A stretch of 64,000 bases of DNA from Gemmatimonadota bacterium (GCA_028874335.1 JAPPJY010000013.1:6526-70525); one strand, 5' to 3'. Shown: positions 8,980-18,174, counted from the stretch's first letter. Notes: generated by a model not told the origin, from the sequence alone. Translations and numbers: made by a program.

Positions 8980-9726
8980 TTAGTTCTTTTCCAACATCGC
9001 CCTCCGCATCACCCGTTCCACAACCCGTGGACACCAGGCGCCCAGGAAGGCCGCCGTTCGGTTTCCGAAGCCCGGAACGAGCAGACGTCTTCGCTTCTCA
9101 ATGCCACGAAGGATGGCCTCCGCCAGGTCTTCCGGCGGCATGCGTTTTTCCTCTCGCGAGTTGTCCGGGCTGTACCGGCGGGCATGAGCCGTGCGAGTGG
9201 GACCCGGAAAGACCGTCATAACGTGAATCTCGCGCGGGGCGAGCGCGACGGAGAGACTTCGCGCGTAGGACGCCAGCCCGCTCTTGGTTGCCGCGTACGC
9301 CGCTGCCCCTGGATAGCTCACGTAGTGCGAGAGTGAGGAGACGAAGACCAGGGATCCGCCGGGCGCAATGCGGTCGGCCTCCAGCAGCCCCGCCGTCAAC
9401 ACCATGGGCGCCTGGAAGTTTATCGCAACCACCTTCTCCTGATCCGTCATACCCACGTGGGGAAACCGCCGCACGGCGTTGATCCCCGCATTGTGAATGA
9501 GTACGTCGATCGTATCCATCGAGGCCAGTCGATCGTTTACGCGTACGACGCCCGAATCGGTACTCAGATCGGCAATGACAAACCGCGCGCCCAGCTCCGG
9601 CTCGAGATCCGCGGCCCGGTTTGCGTCCACGTCAACGCCGGTTACGGAATACCCGGCGCGAACAAGCCTGCGCGCGAGCGCCTCGCCGATTCCATTGGCC
9701 GCGCCCGTTATGACCGCGTGTTTCAT
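8980..9726 (-). CDS. SDR-family oxidoreductase
   Basis: MKHAVITGAANGIGEALARRL (TGxxxGIG), NAG and YxxxK (YAATKSG) motifs. The ATG at 9726 overlaps the stop of the upstream SDR (ATGA). Confidence 0.85.
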   Translation of the reverse strand: MKHAVITGAANGIGEALARRLVRAGYSVTGVDVDANRAADLEPELGARFVIADLSTDSGVVRVNDRLASMDTIDVLIHNAGINAVRRFPHVGMTDQEKVVAINFQAPMVLTAGLLEADRIAPGGSLVFVSSLSHYVSYPGAAAYAATKSGLASYARSLSVALAPREIHVMTVFPGPTRTAHARRYSPDNSREEKRMPPEDLAEAILRGIEKRRRLLVPGFGNRTAAFLGAWCPRVVERVMRRAMLEKN

Positions 9727-10466
9727 TTCGCCCGCCATCGCATCACGGCTTCGATCGCGCCGTCGAAATAGCGTCCGCAGAGCCGCAGCCATCTGTTTCT
9801 CAAGCCGATTGTCACCACCGATCCATGTCCGTCGATCGCCCGCGCAATCCGCCGGGCGACGCGTTCCGCCGGCGGGAAGGCTCTGGAACGATCGTCCTGC
9901 CATCCGGACTTGCGATGAATGCCCGTTTGCGTTGCCCCCGGGTGTATGACCTGGACGTTCACGTCGCCCTCGACGCGCAGATTGCGCCCGAAGACGTCAA
10001 GCGCCTCTTTGGCTGCCGCATAAACCGCGAATTCCGGACACGGGAACGCATGGGCGATGGACCCGATGAGTACGTGTTTGCCTCGTGCATTGTTTACATA
10101 GGGTACCAGCGCATGGGTCAGTCGTAACGGCGCCAGAAGATTGACGGCTACGATCTCATGAATGCTGGAGACGGGCTGATCGGCCACGGTACCGTAGTAT
10201 CCCACTGCCGCGTTCTGAATCGCGAGGTCCAGTGAAATGATCTCCCGCGAACTCAAAAACGATCGCACCTGATCCGTGCAATCCTCCCTGGACAGATCCG
10301 CCTCGCAATAGGTCTCTTCGCTGTAGAGTGCTCCTTTGAGCGAATCCAGCGGTCGCCTGCCCACCAGTACCAGCCTGACGTCGCGCGCACGGTAGATTTC
10401 CGCAAGCGCGTGGCCGATGCCGTCCGTGGCGCCGGTAATCAGCACGGTTTTCCTATCGCCCGTCAT
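9723..10466 (-). CDS. SDR-family oxidoreductase
   Basis: MTGDRKTVLITGATDGIGHALAEIY, NAA, YAAAKEAL motifs. Confidence 0.85.
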   Translation of the reverse strand: MTGDRKTVLITGATDGIGHALAEIYRARDVRLVLVGRRPLDSLKGALYSEETYCEADLSREDCTDQVRSFLSSREIISLDLAIQNAAVGYYGTVADQPVSSIHEIVAVNLLAPLRLTHALVPYVNNARGKHVLIGSIAHAFPCPEFAVYAAAKEALDVFGRNLRVEGDVNVQVIHPGATQTGIHRKSGWQDDRSRAFPPAERVARRIARAIDGHGSVVTIGLRNRWLRLCGRYFDGAIEAVMRWRAK

Positions 10467-10639
10467 GACATATACATCCTTCGTCGCGTCTGTAAACGAG
10501 CCGCAGTTCCGCGAACACCTCCGGCTCGGACCTGTACATTATCGACCGTCATCTCCAGGGCTTGCCCCGCGACCGTCGAAATCCTATCTTTACCTGGTGT
10601 TCCGGATCCCGCAGTTAATGTTTTTGTTTCGATCACGAA

Positions 10640-11665
10640 ATGACAGAAAGGAGGCGTCCGGGCGGCTTATGCGTCATGGTCGACCTGGAGCAAAAAGAAC
10701 AGACAATGAATGATTCGCAGATGTTGACCGAGGAAGTGAACGACGAGCGGGCCTGGCGGGCGGGCAGTATCGATGATTCCGCAGCCTGGAACTACCCGCT
10801 GTCCGGGGATTATCTCTCCGGCTGTGAGCGCATCGTACGCGAAGTGCGGGGTCGCGACCTGCCTGTTACGGAGATTTCCCGCCAGGGCATGTCGTTGACT
10901 GATGGCGGAGATTGCCTTCAACCGGTACTCGACGCTCTCAGGTCCGGGCGTGGATTTGCCATCGTCAATCGCGTACCGGTCAACGGGTATGCATCTGAAG
11001 AAGCGCAGTCGATGTACTGGATGACCGGCGAGTGCATTGGCGCCCCTATGGAGCAAAATATAGAGGGAACGCTATTGTACGACGTCCGTGATACGGGGAA
11101 GAATGTGACACAGGGAGCCAGGTTTTCTGTGACCAATGCGGAGAGTACGTTTCACAATGACAATGCCTTCGGTTCACGGCTGCCCGACATCGTGGGACTG
11201 CTCTGCCTGCGTACGGCGAAGTCCGGTGGACAGAGTCAGTTGATCAGCGGTTACGCCCTCCACAATGAACTCCTGGAAAATCACCCGGACGCCCTCGAAA
11301 CGCTCTATCAGCGATTCTATTTCGATCGTCGGGGACAGTTCAGGTCCGGGGACTTACCCACGTCTCGTTTCCCGGTTTTTCGATGGAGCCAGGGTGAATT
11401 GACGCTCCGATACCTGTATTATTACATCCTGGTGGGTCACGAGCGCGCCGGCGAACCGCTGACCGTCGAACAGAGAGGCGCACTGGAAGTTGTAGAAGCG
11501 TTGCTTCGCCGCGCGGAATTCAGGGTGGAGTTCAGTCTGCAACCCGGGCAGATGCTTTTTACGAACAACCGCTGGATACTTCACAATCGCACCGCATTCG
11601 AGGACGATGCCGACCCTGCGCGTCGACGGCACTATGTGCGACTCTGGCTACGGTACCGGAACTGA
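10640..11665 (+). CDS. TauD/TfdA-family Fe(II)/2-oxoglutarate dioxygenase
   Basis: TFHNDNAF (HxD facial-triad motif), distal His in RWILHNRTAF. Start is uncertain (alternatives at 10676 and 10706). Confidence 0.75.
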   Translation: MTERRRPGGLCVMVDLEQKEQTMNDSQMLTEEVNDERAWRAGSIDDSAAWNYPLSGDYLSGCERIVREVRGRDLPVTEISRQGMSLTDGGDCLQPVLDALRSGRGFAIVNRVPVNGYASEEAQSMYWMTGECIGAPMEQNIEGTLLYDVRDTGKNVTQGARFSVTNAESTFHNDNAFGSRLPDIVGLLCLRTAKSGGQSQLISGYALHNELLENHPDALETLYQRFYFDRRGQFRSGDLPTSRFPVFRWSQGELTLRYLYYYILVGHERAGEPLTVEQRGALEVVEALLRRAEFRVEFSLQPGQMLFTNNRWILHNRTAFEDDADPARRRHYVRLWLRYRN

Positions 11666-11721
11666 CGGCTCCGAATCACGATAATCGGTCGCTCGTTACG
11701 ACCGCGCGTTCACGCCGTTCG

Positions 11722-12177
11722 CTAATCTACAATCTCGTAAGCCCCTGAATTGTTCATATTCTCCCGCGTCTCCACCCGGTAGACCCAACAACGCCCGTCC
11801 GTCTTTTCGCGTATCATCCGATCGGCATAGTCGAACACGAATTTGGAGGATGCCTCCATCCCGACGTTGGGAATCACGCGCAAGTCGACGATCCCCCTGC
11901 GGTGCATCTCCTCGAACAGCACCCGCTCGGGGTCGTTTTCGTTGATCAGCATCGTGTGGTCGAACATGTGTTCCAGCCAAGCCTTCAGGTCCTTGAGCTT
12001 GCCGAAATCCACCACAAAGTGATTCTCGTCCAACTCGTCGCAGGTAAAATGGAACGTAATGTCCCGGTTGTAACCGTGGATAAACTGACAGTGCCCGTCG
12101 TGATGCGCCTGTCGGTGCGAACACGGCAGGTTGTGAAACGTCTTGGTGGACGAAAACCGTCCTTTTCCCCTGGCCAT
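11722..12177 (-). CDS. queD: 6-carboxytetrahydropterin synthase / 6-pyruvoyl-tetrahydropterin synthase family (QueD-like)
   Basis: FSSTKTFHNLPCSHRQAHHDGHCQFIHGYN...VVDFGKLK...DHTMLIN is a typical PTPS/QueD core. Start Met at 12177 was chosen within ORF 11722..12249. Confidence 0.8.
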   Translation of the reverse strand: MARGKGRFSSTKTFHNLPCSHRQAHHDGHCQFIHGYNRDITFHFTCDELDENHFVVDFGKLKDLKAWLEHMFDHTMLINENDPERVLFEEMHRRGIVDLRVIPNVGMEASSKFVFDYADRMIREKTDGRCWVYRVETRENMNNSGAYEIVD

Positions 12178-12256
12178 GATGCTCGTCTCTCTTTTCGGCT
12201 CATCGCTGACAGATGCCATAGAAAATACGCAATCCACCTTCTCTGTCAAGGATTCA

Positions 12257-12447
12257 CCTCAATTCCGCAAAAGCCGTAACGCGGCACCGCGACGAAACCT
12301 TTCGAAACGGGCCAAAATGGTCATCATGAAGCACGTTTTTTCCGTTCACGTCCAGTGTCCTGGTGTATCCTGGTAATCAGCAGTCTAATCGCCGTTATTA
12401 ACTCGCACATATTCGAACTAACATCCCCGAAAAATGACGAATCAAGG
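12257..12447 (+). mobile_element. MITE-like element, family A, copy 1
   Basis: ~90% identical by manual alignment (about 20 mismatches in ~190 nt) to 48426-48615. Imperfect TIR CCTCAATTCC...GGAATCAAGG. Flanked by the direct repeat TTCA (12253-12256 and 12448-12451). Confidence 0.85.
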
Positions 12448-12479
12448 TTCAGCATTGGAAAAACACAAGGAGCGCGAGG

Positions 12480-13319
12480 ATGATCATCGATACCCATACC
12501 CATTTCTACGATCCATACCGCCCCAAAGGCGTACCCTGGCCGCCGCACGACGACAACCTGCTGTACCGGTGTGTGCTTCCTGATGACTATAAGGCCGTGG
12601 CCGTTCCCGAGGGCGTCACCGGCACCGTGGTCGTGGAAGCCAGTGAATGGGTTGAAGACAACCGCTGGATCCTCGATCTGGCCGAAACGGAACCCTTCAT
12701 CGTCGGCTTCGTGGGTAATCTCGACCCGGAATCGGACGACTTTGAGAATCGGCTTGTGAGTCTGTCAGGGAATCCCCTCTTCCGCGGCATCCGCCTTCAC
12801 CGGAACGAAGTTCAAACTGTCAGCGACGCGCTGTTTTCCAGACTCGAGTTGCTTGCCCGGTCCGATCTGTCGCTGGACCTTCTGATCGACGTCGACCAGC
12901 TTCCCTCTGCCGTCCGCATTGCCGAGGGGCTGCCGGACTTACGCATCGTACTCAACCACGTTATCCATGTCCCTGTCGACGGCAAGACGCCGGACCCCGA
13001 TTGGATCGACGGCCTTCACAATGTCTCGCGGTACCCAAACGTCTACTGCAAGGTCTCCGGCCTGGTTGAAACCGCCGTGCAGAAACCCGCGCCTCCCGAG
13101 TTGATCTACTACGCGCCGACCCTGGACCACCTCTGGGAAATACTCGGCGTGGATCGGCTCATCTATGCCAGCAACTGGCCCGTATGCGAACACGGCGCGG
13201 ACTACGCGACTGTACAACGCATCCCCATGGAGTACTTCAGCGCCATTGGAAAGGAAGCGGTCGAGAAGGTCTTCTGGAGGAACGCGAAAGCGGCCTACAA
13301 GTGGCCCGACCGGAAGTAA
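12480..13319 (+). CDS. Amidohydrolase-2 family metal-dependent hydrolase (TIM barrel)
   Basis: MIIDTHTHFYDP N-terminal HxH motif; 279 aa. Confidence 0.8.
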   Translation: MIIDTHTHFYDPYRPKGVPWPPHDDNLLYRCVLPDDYKAVAVPEGVTGTVVVEASEWVEDNRWILDLAETEPFIVGFVGNLDPESDDFENRLVSLSGNPLFRGIRLHRNEVQTVSDALFSRLELLARSDLSLDLLIDVDQLPSAVRIAEGLPDLRIVLNHVIHVPVDGKTPDPDWIDGLHNVSRYPNVYCKVSGLVETAVQKPAPPELIYYAPTLDHLWEILGVDRLIYASNWPVCEHGADYATVQRIPMEYFSAIGKEAVEKVFWRNAKAAYKWPDRK

Positions 13320-13422
13320 TGGCGATCCGGCGGGCAATGGGAACGCGCCGCCGGAACTGTCCCACCGGTTGTGAGACCCTTGACACGCAGCCAACCCGAT
13401 CCCGCCGGGCCGCGGTCGGCGC

Positions 13423-13779
13423 TTATCGCCGCGGGGCGAGCATGGGCCCAAGCGGCCGGCCGCCGAGCAGATGCATATGCAGGTGATAGACCTCCTGGCC
13501 GCCGTGGTCCCGGCAATTCACGATCAACCGGTACCCGTCCTCGGAAAGCCCTTCGGCTTCCGCGAGCCGGGCCGCCACGCTGAACAACCGACCGAGTGCG
13601 GCCTCGTCCTCTCCTGACACATCACTGACGGTGGGAATCACCCTGTTGGGCACAATCAGAATGTGAGTCGGCGCCTGAGGGTTGATATCTCGAAACGCCG
13701 TGACCAGTTCGTCCTGGTAGGTGATTTCCGAAGGGATCTCCTTCCGGATTATCTTGCTGAAGATTGTCTCTTCCGCCAT
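13423..13779 (-). CDS. HIT-family (histidine triad) nucleotide hydrolase
   Basis: Met at 13779 follows [20 protein letters not shown]...HLHMHLLGG histidine-triad motif. Confidence 0.9.
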   Translation of the reverse strand: MAEETIFSKIIRKEIPSEITYQDELVTAFRDINPQAPTHILIVPNRVIPTVSDVSGEDEAALGRLFSVAARLAEAEGLSEDGYRLIVNCRDHGGQEVYHLHMHLLGGRPLGPMLAPRR

Positions 13780-13911
13780 GAATTCTCCTTTCGGTAATTG
13801 CTTCATTTTGCTATCTTTTCCTGCCCTTGTGGACCAAGAAGCTGTCTTAAAGACATTCCTTCATCTGCAAATAGAGCCAGTCCCGACTCCCGTTCGAAGG
13901 TTCGGCGGAAC

Positions 13912-14175
13912 ATGCTTTCTTTCATCGACCGCATTCTGGCCGGTTCAGCAATAGTCCTGCTGCGGATCTACCGTGGGCTTGTCTCTCCTTTTCTCCAGGT
14001 CGTTTTCGGCCCCGGCAGCGGGTGCCGGTTTCATCCCACCTGCGCCAGGTACGCCCGCGATTGCTTTCGACAACATCGCTTTCCGTTCGCGCTCTACCTG
14101 TCGGTCTTGCGAATTCTCAAGTGCCATCCCTACCATCCCGGCGGGATTGATCCCGTCCCGCCGCAAAGTCGTTAG
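13912..14175 (+). CDS. yidD: Membrane protein insertion efficiency factor YidD
   Basis: LLRIYRGLVSPFL...CRFHPTCARYA...HPGGIDPVP is the typical YidD core. Confidence 0.85.
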   Translation: MLSFIDRILAGSAIVLLRIYRGLVSPFLQVVFGPGSGCRFHPTCARYARDCFRQHRFPFALYLSVLRILKCHPYHPGGIDPVPPQSR

Positions 14176-14996
14176 TGCAAACCTCCATGTTCGGAATCGC
14201 CCAGATCCATTGGAGCGCCGACCCCGAGATCTTCCGCATCGGTCCGGTCGTCCTGCGCTGGTACAGCCTGTGCTTTCTGGTTACCTTCGTCCTCGGCTAC
14301 TTCATTATGCGCCGGATGTTCCGGTTCGAGGGAAAATCCGCGAAGGACCTCGACAGCCTGGTGAATTATATGGTTCTCGGCACCCTCATCGGCGCGCGCC
14401 TGGGGCATTGTCTGTTCTACGATCCTGCATTCTACATTTCAAATCCAATTGAGATCTTCAAGATCTGGCGAGGCGGCCTTGCGAGCCACGGCGCAGCCAT
14501 CGGCATTTTTGGCGCGCTCTATCTGTACGCCCGAAACCGGACGGATCAGTCCTACATCTGGACCCTCGATCGCATCGTCGTTACGGTAGCCCTTGGCGGT
14601 TTCTTCATCCGAATTGGAAACTTCTTCAATTCCGAGATTTACGGCACCCCGACCGACCTCCCCTGGGCAATTGTCTTTTCGCACGTGGATACCGTCCCCA
14701 GGCATCCGGCGCAACTCTATGAATCCCTCGCCTACGGACTGATCTTCCTTCTCCTCTATACGGTCTGGTCAATAAAGCGCAACCGGACGCCATCGGGATT
14801 GCTTCTCGGCATGTTCCTCGTTTCCGTCTTCTCGTTCCGGGTGGTCGTCGAATTCGTCAAAGTCCGTCAGGCCGCTTACGGCCACGGCTTCCCTCTCAGC
14901 GTGGGACAATGGCTCAGCGTCCCCCTTGTCATCCTGGGCATCGCCCTGCTCGTAAACGCTTCACGGAAAAATCCCTCGACAGCCTCGACGTCGTAA
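14175..14996 (+). CDS. lgt: Prolipoprotein diacylglyceryl transferase
   Basis: GPVVLRWYSL..., WRGGLASHGAAIG, GNFFNSEIYG, HPAQLYES motifs. The GTG start overlaps the yidD stop (TAGTG). An alternative ATG is at 14187. Confidence 0.9.
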   Translation: MQTSMFGIAQIHWSADPEIFRIGPVVLRWYSLCFLVTFVLGYFIMRRMFRFEGKSAKDLDSLVNYMVLGTLIGARLGHCLFYDPAFYISNPIEIFKIWRGGLASHGAAIGIFGALYLYARNRTDQSYIWTLDRIVVTVALGGFFIRIGNFFNSEIYGTPTDLPWAIVFSHVDTVPRHPAQLYESLAYGLIFLLLYTVWSIKRNRTPSGLLLGMFLVSVFSFRVVVEFVKVRQAAYGHGFPLSVGQWLSVPLVILGIALLVNASRKNPSTASTS

Positions 14997-15050
14997 GCAC
15001 GAAGAGGCAGTCACCGCTGTTCCCATTTGTACACAGAAAGGCGGGATCCC

Positions 15051-15806
15051 ATGAACTCGTATGCGGCCGTTGCCGGCGCGTTGCAGGAATCACTCAACCT
15101 TGCCCTCCCTCCCATTGCCGTCTGCATATCGGACGAGGTTCCCGACGGTGTGCCCGAATACGACGGCCGGGCGCCCGCCGGCTGCCTGTTCTGGCAGGAA
15201 GCGGCGAAGGGTCCCTTTGCCACCCGGACCGCGCACCACGAACTGTGCGCCATCGGCGTACATACACACCATATGGCCAACCCTCCTGCTTCGTACCAGG
15301 TCGAACTGGGCGACGTCCTGAAGACGATGGCCGGCATGGAGTACGTTCGTGAACGGGACGTCATGGAGATCCCGGTGCTGGAGAACGAAACCAGATACGT
15401 AATTTACGCCCCGCTGGGTAAAACGCCACTCGAACCGACCGTGGTTCTGCTCTTCGCGCATTCCACGCAGAGCCTGATCATTACCGAAGCCGTCCAGCAG
15501 GTAGAACCCGCCGTTCCGCCCGCAATGGGCAGACCGGCGTGCGCAGTGGTTCCCCATGCCGTCAGAACAGGCGGGGCCGCGCTCAGCCTGGGCTGCTGCG
15601 GCGCACGGGCATACCTGGATGCCCTCACGGACGACATCGCGATATGGGCGCTGCCCGGCGACAAGGTGAACCAGTACGCAGCACGCATCGAAATTCTCGC
15701 CAGAGCCAACGCCGTCCTGGGAGAATTCCATTCCCTGCGCCGAAGCGACGTCGAAGCCGGTCTTGAACCCACGGTTGCAGAGTCTCTTGCAAGGCTGGAA
15801 GACTGA
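15051..15806 (+). CDS. DUF169-domain protein
   Basis: MNSYAAVAGALQESLNLALPPIAVCISDEVP...CLFWQEA...HELCAIGVHTH has DUF169-like organisation. ATG at 15051. Confidence 0.6.
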   Translation: MNSYAAVAGALQESLNLALPPIAVCISDEVPDGVPEYDGRAPAGCLFWQEAAKGPFATRTAHHELCAIGVHTHHMANPPASYQVELGDVLKTMAGMEYVRERDVMEIPVLENETRYVIYAPLGKTPLEPTVVLLFAHSTQSLIITEAVQQVEPAVPPAMGRPACAVVPHAVRTGGAALSLGCCGARAYLDALTDDIAIWALPGDKVNQYAARIEILARANAVLGEFHSLRRSDVEAGLEPTVAESLARLED

Positions 15807-15844
15807 GCCCTTACCGTCAATTTCGATGCGTTCACATCTTTCGC

Positions 15845-15872
15845 TTGAAACAGCACCGGTGCGTGGTATATT
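15845..15872 (+). promoter_or_regulatory. Candidate sigma-70 promoter (TTGAAA-N16-TGgTATATT)
   Basis: -35 TTGAAA at 15845-15850; extended -10 TGGTATATT ends at 15872; about 50 nt upstream of the Cld-like gene. Confidence 0.45.
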
Positions 15873-15923
15873 GAAGAAAATGCGCCGTCCTCAGACTCAT
15901 CTTCACATCAGACGGATTCATCG

Positions 15924-16646
15924 ATGCGTCCCGCTTCAAAAGAACAGACGCTGGACCTGCGTGAAAAAGGCAAACCCATTAGCGGACAGATACAGGCCAG
16001 CAACCGGCGGCTTTTCATGCAGTTGCACGTCTATGAAAACTGCCCGCGCCCGGACACGCTTGCGGACGCACTCCGCGAATCCGGGATCGACGCCGTCCTG
16101 TACGCGGACCTGAACAATCCATCCGGCGTTGGCATTCTTGCGCTATCCGAATCTCCCGATGCGTTCGCGGGGCAAATCCGCACATTGCTGAATGCCGGTC
16201 CGTTCGCTGAACTTCAACGCAATCCCCACCTCACCATGTTCGGGAGAACCTACGCCCACGGTTACGAGCCCGATCTTTTGGAAACGCTGTTGCGAAAGCC
16301 ACGCAGTAAGGTCCTTAACCCGGACTGGCCCTGGGCCGTATGGTATCCGTTGCGCCGCAAGCCCGAGTTCGGACTGCTGCCTGGTGAGGATCTGCGCGGG
16401 ATTATGGGTGAACATGCCAGAATCGGGCGGGCATACGCCGAGGCAGGTTTTGCCCAGGACATCCGCCTGGCCTGCTATGGCCTGGACCGCAACGACAACG
16501 ACTTCGTCATCGGACTGCTGGGGCCCGAGTTGCACCCGCTCTCGCACGTCGTGCAGGAAATGCGAAAGACCCGGCAGACCGCGCAATACGTGCAATCTCT
16601 CGGACCGTTCTTCGTTGGTAAAGCTGTCTGGCAGACGCCTCTCTAA
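15924..16646 (+). CDS. Chlorite dismutase-family (Cld/HemQ-like) protein
   Basis: WAVWYPLRRKPEF..L...DLRGIMGEHARIG......DIRLACYGLD.NDNDFV.GLLG.EL..LSHVVQEMRKT....Y....GPFFVG is the Cld-family C-terminal domain pattern. Confidence 0.7.
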   Translation: MRPASKEQTLDLREKGKPISGQIQASNRRLFMQLHVYENCPRPDTLADALRESGIDAVLYADLNNPSGVGILALSESPDAFAGQIRTLLNAGPFAELQRNPHLTMFGRTYAHGYEPDLLETLLRKPRSKVLNPDWPWAVWYPLRRKPEFGLLPGEDLRGIMGEHARIGRAYAEAGFAQDIRLACYGLDRNDNDFVIGLLGPELHPLSHVVQEMRKTRQTAQYVQSLGPFFVGKAVWQTPL

Positions 16647-16803
16647 CAGCCCGTTGAAAAAGTCCATCCTGGCTACGGCCGGCCCTTGCGGTCGAAATAC
16701 TGCGTTGCGGTCCCTCGCCGAATCGCAGCCGAATCGCAGGATGGGACTCGGTCGCGCGTCCTGTCTTCGACCTCGCCTGCAGAGCGACTTTATCAACGGA
16801 CTG
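16647..16803 (+). mobile_element. MITE-like element, family C, copy 1
   Basis: TIR CAGCCCGTTGAAAAAGTC...GACTTTATCAACGGACTG. Flanked by CTAA (16643-16646, containing the TAA stop of the Cld-like gene) and CTAA (16804-16807). An inverted full-length copy lies at 37824-37983. Confidence 0.85.
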
Positions 16804-16846
16804 CTAACACCTGGGAAGAAGGACAACAAGGTTACCCGACATTGCC

Positions 16847-18100
16847 ATGATTCGTAAAGTCGAAGCCCTCCGCTACGGCTGCCTGCGCTTCATCAGCCGA
16901 CCGCTGGATGCGTTCCACATACTGGTTGGACCCAATGCGAGCGGAAAAACGACCTTTCTGGACGCCATTGCCTTTCTAGGCGACCTCGTTTCCGACGGTC
17001 TGGAGGAGGCCGTCGGAAAACGGGCTGCGGATCTGCGCGATCTGGTCTGGCGTCGTACGTTCGATCCTTTCGAAGTCGCCATCGAACTGAGCATACCGTC
17101 GCAGAAGGCAGACCTTTTCGAAAACCGGCAATACGTTCGATGCCGGTACGAAGTCACCATCGGGACGACATCCGATACCGGTGAGACCGCCATTCTCGCC
17201 GAACGTGTTCTGCTTCTTCCGGACGATTCCCGTAGAGACCCCGAGTCCGAACAGCAGACGCTCTTCCCCATGGACCGCCCGATGCCGGACACGCTCGCCC
17301 TGCCCCGCCTCAGGGGCGCAAGGACCATCGTACACAAGGTTCACGGGAGCAACGACAACTTCTACTACGAAACCGGCACCGGATGGGACCACTCTTTCAT
17401 GCTGGGTCCCAGGCGGTCCGCTCTGGCCAATCTGCCCGAAGACGAAACCCGATATCCGGTAGCGACCTGGCTGAAAGGCGTACTCAACAGGGGAATCCAG
17501 CGCCTGGTACTGAACAGCGCACACATGCGCCGTCCCAGCCCGCCCGGTCGTCCCGCGGCGTTTCAGCCTGACGGCTCCAATCTGCCCTGGGTCCTCTCCT
17601 CACTGCAGTCTGGCGCGCCCGACCGATTCGCGGCATGGGTCACAGCCCTGCAATCTGTTCTACCCGACCTGAAATCCATCCGCACAGTGGAACGTCCTGA
17701 AGATCGTCACTGTTATCTGGTTTTCCAGGATCGAAACGGACTGGAAGCGCCCTCCTGGAAGATTTCAGACGGTACCCTCCGCCTTATGGCGCTTACTCTC
17801 CCTGCATACCTGCCTGACTCTGGAGGCGCTTTCCTCGTTGAAGAGCCTGAAAACGGAATCCATCCCCGGGCCCTCGAAACGGTTTTCAGGGCGCTCTCGT
17901 CCGTTGAAGACGTCCAGATCCTCTTGACCACGCACTCGCCCGTCATTGTGAGTCTGGCGGAGGGCAGTCAGGTCATCTGCTTCTCCAGGACCGAAACCGG
18001 CGCCACCGACCTGGTCCTAAGCACCGAAAATCCCGCGCTGCGCGAATGGCAGGGTGAAACCGATCTGGGTTCACTGTTTGCCGACGGAGTATTGGGTTAG
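16847..18100 (+). CDS. ABC/SMC-like AAA ATPase (AAA_15/AAA_21-type), orphan
   Basis: Walker A GPNASGKTT, signature-like SDGTLRLMAL, Walker B/D-loop FLVEEPENGIHP, H-loop LLTTHSP. Confidence 0.8.
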   Translation: MIRKVEALRYGCLRFISRPLDAFHILVGPNASGKTTFLDAIAFLGDLVSDGLEEAVGKRAADLRDLVWRRTFDPFEVAIELSIPSQKADLFENRQYVRCRYEVTIGTTSDTGETAILAERVLLLPDDSRRDPESEQQTLFPMDRPMPDTLALPRLRGARTIVHKVHGSNDNFYYETGTGWDHSFMLGPRRSALANLPEDETRYPVATWLKGVLNRGIQRLVLNSAHMRRPSPPGRPAAFQPDGSNLPWVLSSLQSGAPDRFAAWVTALQSVLPDLKSIRTVERPEDRHCYLVFQDRNGLEAPSWKISDGTLRLMALTLPAYLPDSGGAFLVEEPENGIHPRALETVFRALSSVEDVQILLTTHSPVIVSLAEGSQVICFSRTETGATDLVLSTENPALREWQGETDLGSLFADGVLG

Positions 18101-18174
18101 AACCGGGCTCGACGCTCTAAGGTTCCCCGACTCGAAGCGTCGTGGAATTCAGGAGACATGTGAGGACGTTCATC

